This document shows, one piece after another, positions 51,425-60,064 of a stretch of DNA of 64,000 nt. The stretch covers positions 352,001 through 416,000 of the forward strand of contig OY970368.1 of assembly GCA_963718615.1 (NCBI GenBank). The letters are read 5' to 3'. Source of the DNA: an uncultured cyanobacterium. GTDB taxonomy: Bacteria; Cyanobacteriota; Cyanobacteriia; PCC-9006; JAAUQQ01. A program made the translations under genes and the position numbers. Below the pieces are notes generated by a model. It searched no databases. It saw only the letters and a program-made list of their open reading frames with translations, and was not told where the DNA came from. How positions within the stretch are numbered: position 1 is the first letter of the stretch; every line of letters starts with the position of its first letter.

Positions 51425-51736
51425 ATGTCGATTTACGTTGGTAATCTTTCTTTTGACGCTACCGAGGCAGACCTGAACGACGTGTTTTCCGAATATGGAA
51501 CCGTAAAGCGCGTTCAACTGCCCACGGACCGCGAAACTGGACGGATGCGTGGCTTTGGATTTGTTGAAATGAGCTCGGACGCTGAAGAAGCCGCTGCCAT
51601 TGAAGCCCTGGATGGGGCGGAATGGATGGGTCGGGATCTGAAAGTGAACAAAGCTCGTCCTCGCGAGAACAACCGAGGGGGCGGCGGTGGCGGCTCCTTC
51701 GGGGGCGGCGGCGGTGGCGGTCGTCGTCGTTACTAA
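51425..51736 (+). CDS. rbp: RRM RNA-binding protein with Gly-rich tail (Rbp family)
   Basis: MSIYVGNL (RNP2), RGFGFVEM (RNP1), WMGRDLKVNKARPR. Confidence 0.96.
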   Translation: MSIYVGNLSFDATEADLNDVFSEYGTVKRVQLPTDRETGRMRGFGFVEMSSDAEEAAAIEALDGAEWMGRDLKVNKARPRENNRGGGGGGSFGGGGGGGRRRY

Positions 51737-51774
51737 ACTTAACGAAGACGGATTCATTTCCAATTAGCTAACCT

Positions 51775-51802
51775 GTAGGGACATGGCATGCCATGTCCCT
51801 AC
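51775..51802. repeat. Perfect 28-bp GTAG-type REP-like palindrome / terminator
   Basis: GTAGGGACATGGCATGCCATGTCCCTAC followed by TTGCTTTTT. Confidence 0.85.
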
Positions 51803-51809
51803 TTGCTTT

Positions 51810-52757
51810 TTAGGTGCGATCGATCTCATAGGTGGCATGGAGCCGATAGGTTTCACCGGCTGCTAAATCAATCACCTCTGTGGCGGCATTGGCTGTTTCT
51901 ACGCAAACAAACTGTCGATAATCGTCGTCGCCTAAATCGGCCATTTGGGCCGCAATCTCTGCCCCTGGATTCCAGACCACTGCGGTTTTGCTTCCGTGGG
52001 CGGAAATTTTGATGCGACGGCCTAAATAGGGGTCCTCAATGGCCAGTTCTGAAGGGACATCCAAATAGATACGATCGACCTCTTGCTCGATCGCCACCGG
52101 TCCCGTTTGAGTTTTTTCTGCACCGCCATCCACTTTGTCTAAATAGCGCTTGTTGTCTAACCCTAAAATCTTCACTTGACGGATATCGCCGACGGTGAAA
52201 TAGCTGTGCAGGGCTTGGGTGAGTTTGAAGGGTTGATCGTCGGTGTTGCGGGTGATCAGTTCGAGGGTGAGGGTTTGGCCGACGGTGATGGCGATCGCCA
52301 GCTCAAACCGATAGGGCCAAATTCCACGGGTCTCCTCGGTGTCGGTCAAGCTGAGAATGACTCGGGTTTCGCCGGTTTCAGTGGTTTCGGTTGTCCACAC
52401 ATTCCAGGGACGATTGCGCACAAAGCCATGGCTGGGGCGGCCTTGCCCGTCGGGATCGGGGCCAAACCAAGGCCAGCAAATGGGAGTGCCGCCTTTAATG
52501 GCTTTGCCAGTGGCGTAGTAAGCCTTATCGCTCACAAACATTAAATCGACGGGTTCGCTGGCGGGTTGGAAGGACAGGACTTGACCGCCGTAGAGGGAGA
52601 TGCGGGCCTGGGCAAAGCGATTGGCTATTGCAATAATCGGGAATTCGCCTGGACCGGAGACAAATTGCAGTTGGTCGGTAATGCCATAGTCTGCGTTGAG
52701 TTGTTCTGGAGTGAGGGATGGGGTGATGGGGTCGGGGGTGATGGGGTCAGGGGTCAT
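51810..52757 (-). CDS. D-hexose-6-phosphate mutarotase
   Basis: GGQVLSF, IKGGTPICWPWFG, HGFVR, ALHSYF, VWNP, FVCVE. Confidence 0.94.
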   Translation of the reverse strand: MTPDPITPDPITPSLTPEQLNADYGITDQLQFVSGPGEFPIIAIANRFAQARISLYGGQVLSFQPASEPVDLMFVSDKAYYATGKAIKGGTPICWPWFGPDPDGQGRPSHGFVRNRPWNVWTTETTETGETRVILSLTDTEETRGIWPYRFELAIAITVGQTLTLELITRNTDDQPFKLTQALHSYFTVGDIRQVKILGLDNKRYLDKVDGGAEKTQTGPVAIEQEVDRIYLDVPSELAIEDPYLGRRIKISAHGSKTAVVWNPGAEIAAQMADLGDDDYRQFVCVETANAATEVIDLAAGETYRLHATYEIDRT

Positions 52758-52841
52758 AGGGCAGAGGTGAAATTGTTTTGATCGGTGTTCTCAGTATGAT
52801 GGATGGCTGGGGAAGGCGCGTGTGATGGGGAGGCATTTTTT

Positions 52842-53606
52842 ATGCATTGGATACCCTTGGGGTTGGGGGGGCTGGGGGCGGGGTTGCTGGCTGGCATTTT
52901 GGGCATTGGCGGGGGGACGGTGTTGGTGCCGGTTTTGGTGGCGTTGGGGGTTTCGCCGATTCAGGCGATCGCCACCAGCTCCTGGGCGATCGTAATTACG
53001 TCTCTTTCGGGAACGGTACAAAACTGGCGCATGGGGCTGTTACGGGGCGAGGAGGTGGTTTATATTGGCCTACCCGCATTGGTGGCGACGCAACTGGGGG
53101 TGGTTTTAGCGACGATTTTGCCGAGTCAGGTTTTGCTGATTGCGTTTGGTCTGTTGATGCTGCTGAATATCTATTTGATGTCGTTGCGGCAGGAATTGCA
53201 GGCAGGAGAGCCTCAGCCCACAAGCGCTCGAACGGTCAGAGTTCAGCGGTTGGTTCAGGGGGGAACGGGGATGATCGCTGGGGCGATCGCGGGTCTATTG
53301 GGGGTGGGGGGCGGGGCGATTATGGTGCCGTTGCAGATGTTGTTGTTGGGGGTGCCGATTAAGCGGGCGATTCAGACGAGTTTGGGGGTGGTGGTGTTAA
53401 CGGCGATCGCTTCAACGGTTGGGCATGGGGTCCAGGGCAATGTGTTGTGGGGGCCGGGGCTAGTTTTGGGGTTGGGAGGATTGCTTGGGGCTCAGTTGAG
53501 TACGCGGCTATTGCCGAAGTTGCCGAGTGGGGGGGTGAGTCTTTTGTTTCGGCTGTTTCTGTTGCTGTCGGCGGCCTATAGTTTTTGGCAGGCGGCGGGC
53601 GGTTAG
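52842..53606 (+). CDS. TauE/SafE (sulfite exporter) family membrane protein
   Basis: Two GILGIGGG/GLLGVGGG..VP repeats; AIATS/AIQTS. Confidence 0.93.
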   Translation: MHWIPLGLGGLGAGLLAGILGIGGGTVLVPVLVALGVSPIQAIATSSWAIVITSLSGTVQNWRMGLLRGEEVVYIGLPALVATQLGVVLATILPSQVLLIAFGLLMLLNIYLMSLRQELQAGEPQPTSARTVRVQRLVQGGTGMIAGAIAGLLGVGGGAIMVPLQMLLLGVPIKRAIQTSLGVVVLTAIASTVGHGVQGNVLWGPGLVLGLGGLLGAQLSTRLLPKLPSGGVSLLFRLFLLLSAAYSFWQAAGG

Positions 53607-54126
53607 GGCTGGGGTTGCGAAAAAGATGCTGATTGTGCGGGGAGTGGGGTGGGTTGTGGGCTTGGGATTGCGGAGGGGCGATCGGTAAGTTCTATTTTTC
53701 TTTCATGAAATTTACTGAGCTGGGGTTGGAAAATTTGCGTGAAATTGGGGAGCAGCAGTTGCGGGAATGGGGCGAAAGGTGGAGAGAGGGGGCTAAAAGG
53801 GGAGTTTTTGGGTGAGTATTTAGGGTTTTAGTTGATTTTGTCTCGGTGTTCTTAGGGATTGCCTAAGTTTGCAATTTGCTGATTTCTTCGAATAAGAACC
53901 TTAGGTTGATTTGGGCAGTTTAAATTTATAAAAGATGGCTTTTAGCACTGAGTGCTTTAAAGAGGATTGAGTCAATAATTAAGACAAGCGAATCGAAACG
54001 TTGTTTCACCCGGTTGCGATTCTCTTTCAACTTTAGAAAAGCTTGATTAATAAAGCTTTGCTGTCTGGGTTGAGTGTGGGTTTTATTCTCGTTTTCTTTT
54101 TTGATTACTCAGGAGTCTGACAAGAC

Positions 54127-54639
54127 ATGCGTACTTTTAATCGTTTGGCGATCGCTGCTGGTGTTATCCTCGGTTCTTCGGTGCTCTATGCTTCGTCTGC
54201 CATGGCAGCAGATGTGACAATTAGCGGATCTGTTACTTCTCAAGCTAGCGTTACACTAACCAATGGTAATCAAGCCTTAGTTTTGGGAGGCACAGGTACA
54301 GGTACGGGATTAACTGACCATATCGAAAAAGCCGCTGATGTATCGCTGTTCACTAACAATACTGGTGGATTAGAGTTAACAATTACCTCTGGTAACTTAA
54401 CTAATGGTACTCCTGGTAGTAGCACAATTGCCTATCAGGTCGTAACTACCGCCGATACTTTGACACCTGCATCTGGCGACTTTACCCAGGCTTCTAGCAC
54501 AGACAAAAAAGAGAGCATTACTACAGGTTTTACCAATGGTGCATTGGAGCGTGATTTGCATGTAATGTATACAACTCCTGAGTTGTTAGATCCAGGCATA
54601 TATACTGCAACTATCACTGTAACTGTCGCAGATCTGTAG
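54127..54639 (+). CDS. Putative major pilin of a chaperone-usher pilus (Csu/spore-coat-U-like)
   Basis: Signal peptide ending AMA; Thr/Gly-rich beta protein; C-terminal DPGIYTATITVTVADL; AGGAG RBS; first gene of the operon. Confidence 0.75.
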   Translation: MRTFNRLAIAAGVILGSSVLYASSAMAADVTISGSVTSQASVTLTNGNQALVLGGTGTGTGLTDHIEKAADVSLFTNNTGGLELTITSGNLTNGTPGSSTIAYQVVTTADTLTPASGDFTQASSTDKKESITTGFTNGALERDLHVMYTTPELLDPGIYTATITVTVADL

Positions 54640-54763
54640 TTGCGCATTGTCAGCATCGAAAGTCTGCTAAGCCTAGAGCCCGTTTCATAGGGCTTAAGTA
54701 AGGCAGCTCTCTATTCTACGGTGGGATACAGATAGAACTCACCGTAGAAAGCTTACATATTAT

Positions 54764-55240
54764 GTGAATTCATACTGGAGAGAAAGGATGAGAAAAAGCC
54801 TTGTTCTTATAGGATCACTTATTTCTCTGTTCGTAGAAATAAGTGTCTCTGCTCAGCCAGTCTTGAATGTTAATCCTAGTACAGATCGAAATTCATTGAC
54901 TCTAGATGGAACAGGGACATCTTCAACGCATATAGCTAAAATTGCCGACCTTACTGTTTCTAGTGTGGCTCAAAATGGATACACTCTGGTGATCACTTCA
55001 GGCAATATAAGCAAATCTGATGGCCAGGATATTCCCTATCAGGTTACCGCAGTAAATACTGGAACAAACCCAACTTCTGGGAGCTTTACAGTTCCTGCCG
55101 GAAGTTCTTATATCTTGTGTAGCACTACCACTCAATCGTTGGATGTATATATTCGTTATACACCAGCAAGTTTACAGGATCCAGGGCTGTACAGTAGCGT
55201 CGTCAGCGTCACGGCGGAAGACAATGTAAATGCTTGTTGA
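54764..55240 (+). CDS. Second pilin-like subunit
   Basis: Paralogous to the first (L.L.GTGT..HI.K.AD; ITSGN; I.YQV; DPG.Y...V..ED); two Cys. Confidence 0.72.
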   Translation: MNSYWRERMRKSLVLIGSLISLFVEISVSAQPVLNVNPSTDRNSLTLDGTGTSSTHIAKIADLTVSSVAQNGYTLVITSGNISKSDGQDIPYQVTAVNTGTNPTSGSFTVPAGSSYILCSTTTQSLDVYIRYTPASLQDPGLYSSVVSVTAEDNVNAC

Positions 55241-55249
55241 TTAAAACTA

Positions 55250-56026
55250 TTGTTTTCTAGAATTGATATGAAGGCAAGATTATACGGATTAGGATTAGGC
55301 ATTGCTGCTTGCGTAATTACTTTTGCACGCTCAGCGCTTTGTTTCCAGATTCTTCCTATGTCGCAAACGTTTAGTCCATCAGGATCTGGTTCAACGCAAT
55401 CTTATGAAATATCTAACTCTAAAGATGAACCTATTGCGATCGAGGTTTCTGTTGTAAAAAGATTAGTGGATGCTAATGGAGAAGAAACTCAAATACCAGC
55501 AGAAGAAGATTTTGTAATTTATCCACCACAAGTTTTATTAGGACCTCAATCGAAACAAACAGTTAGAGTAACTTGGGTTGGAGATCAAGATCCTAGTCAA
55601 GAACTATCTTTCCGTTTGGTCGTGGAGCAATTACCAGTACCGCTTGAAGTCAAGAAGGAAGGCTCACTACCTCCTAGTCGGGCAGTGGCAGCATTTCAAG
55701 TTATGCTTCGCTATGCTAACTCTCTGTATATTCGTCCTTCTCATGCAAAATCAGATGTTTTGCTTCAGAGTGTAAGTATGGAACGGGATAACGCTGGAAA
55801 GTGGTTACAGGTCCATATTAAAAATCAAGGTACTGCACATCAGACCTTAGAACTCCCGAAAATTCAGCTAACCTCTTCCAATCGCTCGATTATTTTGGAA
55901 GGTGAAGTTTTGGAACCCATTAATAGACGGACGATTTTAGCGGGGGGTGAGCGTCGCTTCCGCATTCCCTGGCCCACCGAACTCCCCGAAGGCGAAGTCA
56001 CCGGACAACTTATCCTGCAAAAATAA
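55250..56026 (+). CDS. Periplasmic fimbrial chaperone (PapD-like)
   Basis: Signal peptide; FVIYPPQVLLGPQSKQTVRV, ELSFRLVVEQLP, IKNQGTAH, ILAGGERRFRIPWP. Confidence 0.88.
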   Translation: MFSRIDMKARLYGLGLGIAACVITFARSALCFQILPMSQTFSPSGSGSTQSYEISNSKDEPIAIEVSVVKRLVDANGEETQIPAEEDFVIYPPQVLLGPQSKQTVRVTWVGDQDPSQELSFRLVVEQLPVPLEVKKEGSLPPSRAVAAFQVMLRYANSLYIRPSHAKSDVLLQSVSMERDNAGKWLQVHIKNQGTAHQTLELPKIQLTSSNRSIILEGEVLEPINRRTILAGGERRFRIPWPTELPEGEVTGQLILQK

Positions 56027-56031
56027 GTCCC

Positions 56032-58767
56032 ATGGAACAACCCCCTACTCCCCATAGGGCAACGCATCTACACCACCTAAAACGCCTGAGAACCCTTTCC
56101 CTCAGCCTCATCAGCCAACTCAGCTATCCAATCTGGGCCACAGTTCACTGTCCCCTCCTAGCAGAAGTTCCCCCTCCCCCAAGCCTTCACCCCCCCGAAA
56201 CCCCTTCGCCTCTACCCAGCCCGCTTTCTGCTGTTTCTACCGAACCCCTGGCCCCTGAAGCTTTTGCCCCTGAAACTTCAGCCCCTGAGCCACCCGCCCC
56301 TGAGCCACCCGTAGAAACCGACGAAACCGAGCTAGTTCCTGCTGCAACGCCCGATCGCCAAACCCTCTTCGAGCAAGTCTTCGGCAAACCCAAACCGGGC
56401 CAAGCCCAAAACGTCATCATCCCCTGGAGCATCAACCAAAACCGCCAGGGCGAAATGGGCATCAACATTGGCGCAGACCCCAACACCATTAGCTGGAACG
56501 CCACCAGCTTCCTCGAAACCCTCGGCGCAACCGTCAAACCCGAGCTGCAAGCCCAGCTCAAAATTCTCAGCACCCAGGGACCCTTTTCCCCGGAAACGCT
56601 GAAAACCCTGAACATCGAAACCCAATTTAATCCCCAAGACCTCACCCTCAATATCGTTCTTACCCCCGCTCAACTGCGCACCAACGTCGTCACCACCAAA
56701 AGCAACCGCAACAACCTCGACAGTTCGCCCACGGTGAATCCCGCAAAGATTAGTGGCTACGTCAACATGCGCGGCAACCTCGGCTGGAACTGGATTTCCG
56801 AGCGCGACGAAACCGGCAGACAGCCCCTCGCCCTCAGCTGGGACGGCGTAATGAACCTCAACGGCTGGGTTCTCGAAGGTCGCGCTGACTTTACCGAAGA
56901 CGGAACCCCCCGCTGGCGACGGGGAGATTTGCGGCTGACCCATGATTGGCCCACCCTGGCCATGCGCGCCAGCGCCGGAGAAATCTCCACACCCACCACC
57001 GGCTACCAGCGCGGCCAAGCGATTTTAGGCCTTTCTGCGGCACGACAGTTTGGCATTCAACCCGACCGCATCACCCGCCCCATCAGCACCTACGAATTTT
57101 TTCTCGAAGCCCCCTCCGAAGTCGAAATCTACATCAACGGCGACAAAGACCGTACCCTCGACCTGCCCGCCGGAACCCAAGATTTACGAGATCTCTCCCT
57201 CGGCGCAGGCGTCAACGATATTGAACTCGTCATTACAGATCCCGTCGGTCGAGTCCAACGGCTGCAGTTTTTTGCCCCCACCGCCTCACAACTTTTGGCT
57301 CCAGGGCTGCAACAGTTTGCCTATAGTTTTGGCGTGCCCGTGACCAAAGACGGCGAAACCCGCATCTACAACTGGGACGACCCCTTGCTAACCGCTTCCC
57401 ATCGCTGGGGCCTGAGCAATACGCTCACCAGCGGAGCCTATCTGCAAGCGCGCTTAAACCAACAACTCCTCGGTTGGGATGGGGCCTGGGCGACAACCTT
57501 GGGGAGCTTTGATTGGGATCTGGCCCTCAGCCGCGATCCATCCCTTGGTCTCGGCTACGCTGGGAAATTGAACTACAACTATCGCCGAGCCGGGGATACC
57601 CACAATCGAGCCTTAGGGCTGGGTTTGGAATATCGCAGTCCAGACTTTCTCAGCGTTGGAGAAGCAGAGGCCAACAACGACACGGCTTTAGAAGCTCGGC
57701 TCACCTATAGCCAGACCCTGTTTGAGAAAATTCGAGCCAATTTGGGGGCGCGGTACCAGTGGGGACGGGGCGATCGCAATGGCGATCGCAACAATGCCTA
57801 CCGCCTCAACCTCGGCCTCTCCCGCCCCATCGGCCCAGGCCGCAACCTGGGCATCACCCTCAGCCACGAACAGCGGGAAGACGGTTCCACCGACAACCAA
57901 GCCAAAGTTAATTTTTCCATGTCCTTTTCGCCTCGCCAGGGACAAACAATGCGACTGTCCACCGACGCGGATCTCGGCGGCTTTAGCAAACAGCAAATCA
58001 ATTGGAACTACAATCCTCGGGCTGCGTTCAACAGCATCAAAACCGGCGCAACCTTGAACTACACTCCAGAGGATTGGGATGTGAACCAACGCATGTCTTG
58101 GCAGGGGCATCGGGCTCAATTGGAGTTGCAAAACAAAGTTGAAGGGAATACGGGGTCTTGGCTGGATCCGGCATCGATGGAAAGTAATCTGACGTTTGGG
58201 TCGGCGATCGCCTTCGCCGATGGTCACTGGGGCTTCTCCCGTCCCATTAACGGCAGCTTTGCCCTGCTGGTGCCCCATCCCACACTCAAGGATATCGACG
58301 TCGAAATCAACCCCAGCCGCTCCGGTGCCGCCGCAACCATTGACACCTGGGGAGCCGCAATTTTGCCGGGACTGTCGGAATATCGTCTCAACACCGTCAA
58401 TCTAGATGCCCCAGAACTCCCCCTAGGCTATTCCCTCGGTCGCTCCAGCCATCGTCTCCGCCCCAGCTATCGCCGGGGTACGCTGATCACCGTCGGGAAT
58501 GATGCCACGGTCTTCCTACGCGGCATCTTGCAAACTGCCGAAGGGACACCCCTCGAACTGGCCACCGGCGAAGTCATTGCCCTGAATGATCCCCATTGGA
58601 AACCCATCACCCTCTTCACCAACCGCGTCGGCAAGTTTGCCCTCGAAGGCTTTAAGCCCGGTCGCTATACCATTCGGTTGACCAGCGGTGAGCAGCTAGA
58701 GTTTACAATTCCAGAAACAGCCACAGGGGTTTATAACCTCGATATTTTGAAGGTTCCAGCGACCTAA
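56032..58767 (+). CDS. Fimbrial outer-membrane usher
   Basis: 911 aa; RGDLRLTHD, SEVEIYING, GVNDIELVITDPVG, LLAPGLQQFAYSFG, FTNRVGKF; beta-barrel periodicity. Confidence 0.9.
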   Translation: MEQPPTPHRATHLHHLKRLRTLSLSLISQLSYPIWATVHCPLLAEVPPPPSLHPPETPSPLPSPLSAVSTEPLAPEAFAPETSAPEPPAPEPPVETDETELVPAATPDRQTLFEQVFGKPKPGQAQNVIIPWSINQNRQGEMGINIGADPNTISWNATSFLETLGATVKPELQAQLKILSTQGPFSPETLKTLNIETQFNPQDLTLNIVLTPAQLRTNVVTTKSNRNNLDSSPTVNPAKISGYVNMRGNLGWNWISERDETGRQPLALSWDGVMNLNGWVLEGRADFTEDGTPRWRRGDLRLTHDWPTLAMRASAGEISTPTTGYQRGQAILGLSAARQFGIQPDRITRPISTYEFFLEAPSEVEIYINGDKDRTLDLPAGTQDLRDLSLGAGVNDIELVITDPVGRVQRLQFFAPTASQLLAPGLQQFAYSFGVPVTKDGETRIYNWDDPLLTASHRWGLSNTLTSGAYLQARLNQQLLGWDGAWATTLGSFDWDLALSRDPSLGLGYAGKLNYNYRRAGDTHNRALGLGLEYRSPDFLSVGEAEANNDTALEARLTYSQTLFEKIRANLGARYQWGRGDRNGDRNNAYRLNLGLSRPIGPGRNLGITLSHEQREDGSTDNQAKVNFSMSFSPRQGQTMRLSTDADLGGFSKQQINWNYNPRAAFNSIKTGATLNYTPEDWDVNQRMSWQGHRAQLELQNKVEGNTGSWLDPASMESNLTFGSAIAFADGHWGFSRPINGSFALLVPHPTLKDIDVEINPSRSGAAATIDTWGAAILPGLSEYRLNTVNLDAPELPLGYSLGRSSHRLRPSYRRGTLITVGNDATVFLRGILQTAEGTPLELATGEVIALNDPHWKPITLFTNRVGKFALEGFKPGRYTIRLTSGEQLEFTIPETATGVYNLDILKVPAT

Positions 58768-58780
58768 GGTACCGTTGCCC

Positions 58781-59938
58781 ATGCATCGCCCCATTTATCT
58801 CGACAACCATGCCACAACGCCCCTAGATCCGAGGGTGCTGGAAGCCATGCTGCCCTACTTCACCGAAGCCTTTGGCAATCCCGCCAGCACCACCCACAGC
58901 TATGGCTGGGAAGCCCAGGCCGCCGTTCAACAAGCCCGTGAGATCCTCGCGGCTAGCATCAACGCCGAACCCACCGAAATCGTATTCACCAGCGGTGCAA
59001 CGGAAGCCAACAACCTCGCGATCAAAGGGGTCGCCGAAGCCTCTTTCAGCCAGGGTAAACACATCGTCACCGTCGCCACCGAACATTCTGCGGTCCTCGA
59101 TCCCTGTCGCTATCTTGCAACCCTCGGGTTTGAACTAACAATTTTGCCGGTACAACCGGATGGTTTGCTAGACCTTGACCTGTTCAAAGCTGCCCTGCGG
59201 GACGATACGATTTTGGTCTCAGTCATGGCTGCAAATAATGAAATTGGCGTGCTCCAGCCGATTCAAGCGATCGCCGCCCTCTGCCGCGATCGCAATATCC
59301 TTTTCCACACCGACGCCGCCCAAGCCCTCGGCAAAATTCCCCTAGATGTCCAGGCGATGCAAATCGATCTGATGTCGATGACGGCCCACAAACTCTATGG
59401 ACCAAAGGGCATTGGCGCGCTTTATGTGCGTCGTAAAAATCCTCGGGTGCAGTTAGCCCCTCAACTCCATGGGGGGGGCCATGAGCGGGGCCTGCGATCG
59501 GGAACGTTGTACACACCGCAGATTGTGGGGTTTGGAAAGGCGGTGGCATTGGCGCAACAAGAGTCTTTAGGTCAAACCGAGCAAACGGTGAGAGAATTGC
59601 GCGATCGCCTCCATAACGCCCTCAAAGCCCTCGGCGGTGTGCATCTCAACGGTCATCCCACCCAGAGATTACCGGGAAACTTGAATCTCAGTTTTGAGGG
59701 GGTGGCGGGTCCGGCCTTGCTTTTGAAATTGCAGCCGGTGGTGGCGGTTTCGTCGGGTTCGGCTTGTACCTCGGTCAACTCAGACCCTTCCCCTGTGTTG
59801 CTGGCCTTGGGGCGATCGGCTCCGCTCGCCCAGGCTTCGATTCGATTTGGCTTAGGACGATTTACAACGATGGCGGAGGTTGATCGGGTGGCGGCGCATG
59901 TGCGGGAAACGGTGGTGGCGTTGCGGAACGGACGGTAA
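58781..59938 (+). CDS. iscS: Cysteine desulfurase (IscS/NifS type)
   Basis: YLDNHATTP, FTSGATE, HTDAAQ, TAHKLYGPKG (PLP Lys), SSGSACTS. Confidence 0.93.
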   Translation: MHRPIYLDNHATTPLDPRVLEAMLPYFTEAFGNPASTTHSYGWEAQAAVQQAREILAASINAEPTEIVFTSGATEANNLAIKGVAEASFSQGKHIVTVATEHSAVLDPCRYLATLGFELTILPVQPDGLLDLDLFKAALRDDTILVSVMAANNEIGVLQPIQAIAALCRDRNILFHTDAAQALGKIPLDVQAMQIDLMSMTAHKLYGPKGIGALYVRRKNPRVQLAPQLHGGGHERGLRSGTLYTPQIVGFGKAVALAQQESLGQTEQTVRELRDRLHNALKALGGVHLNGHPTQRLPGNLNLSFEGVAGPALLLKLQPVVAVSSGSACTSVNSDPSPVLLALGRSAPLAQASIRFGLGRFTTMAEVDRVAAHVRETVVALRNGR

Positions 59939-60064
59939 TGTCATCATTCGCGATCCGTTCATGATCCGTTCTCAATTTTTCCGCAAACGGTTTGTGGAGA
60001 ACCACAGAGTAGATCGTTTAAGATCAGGATCAAGCTGTAGTCAAACGCCATTGGAGGTTATGGG

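Noticed and set aside
53941-53960. CIRCE-like TTAGCACT/GAGTGCT upstream of the pilus operon
   Set aside because: The 9-nt spacer needed for HrcA binding is missing and no heat-shock gene follows; it is only a short palindrome.
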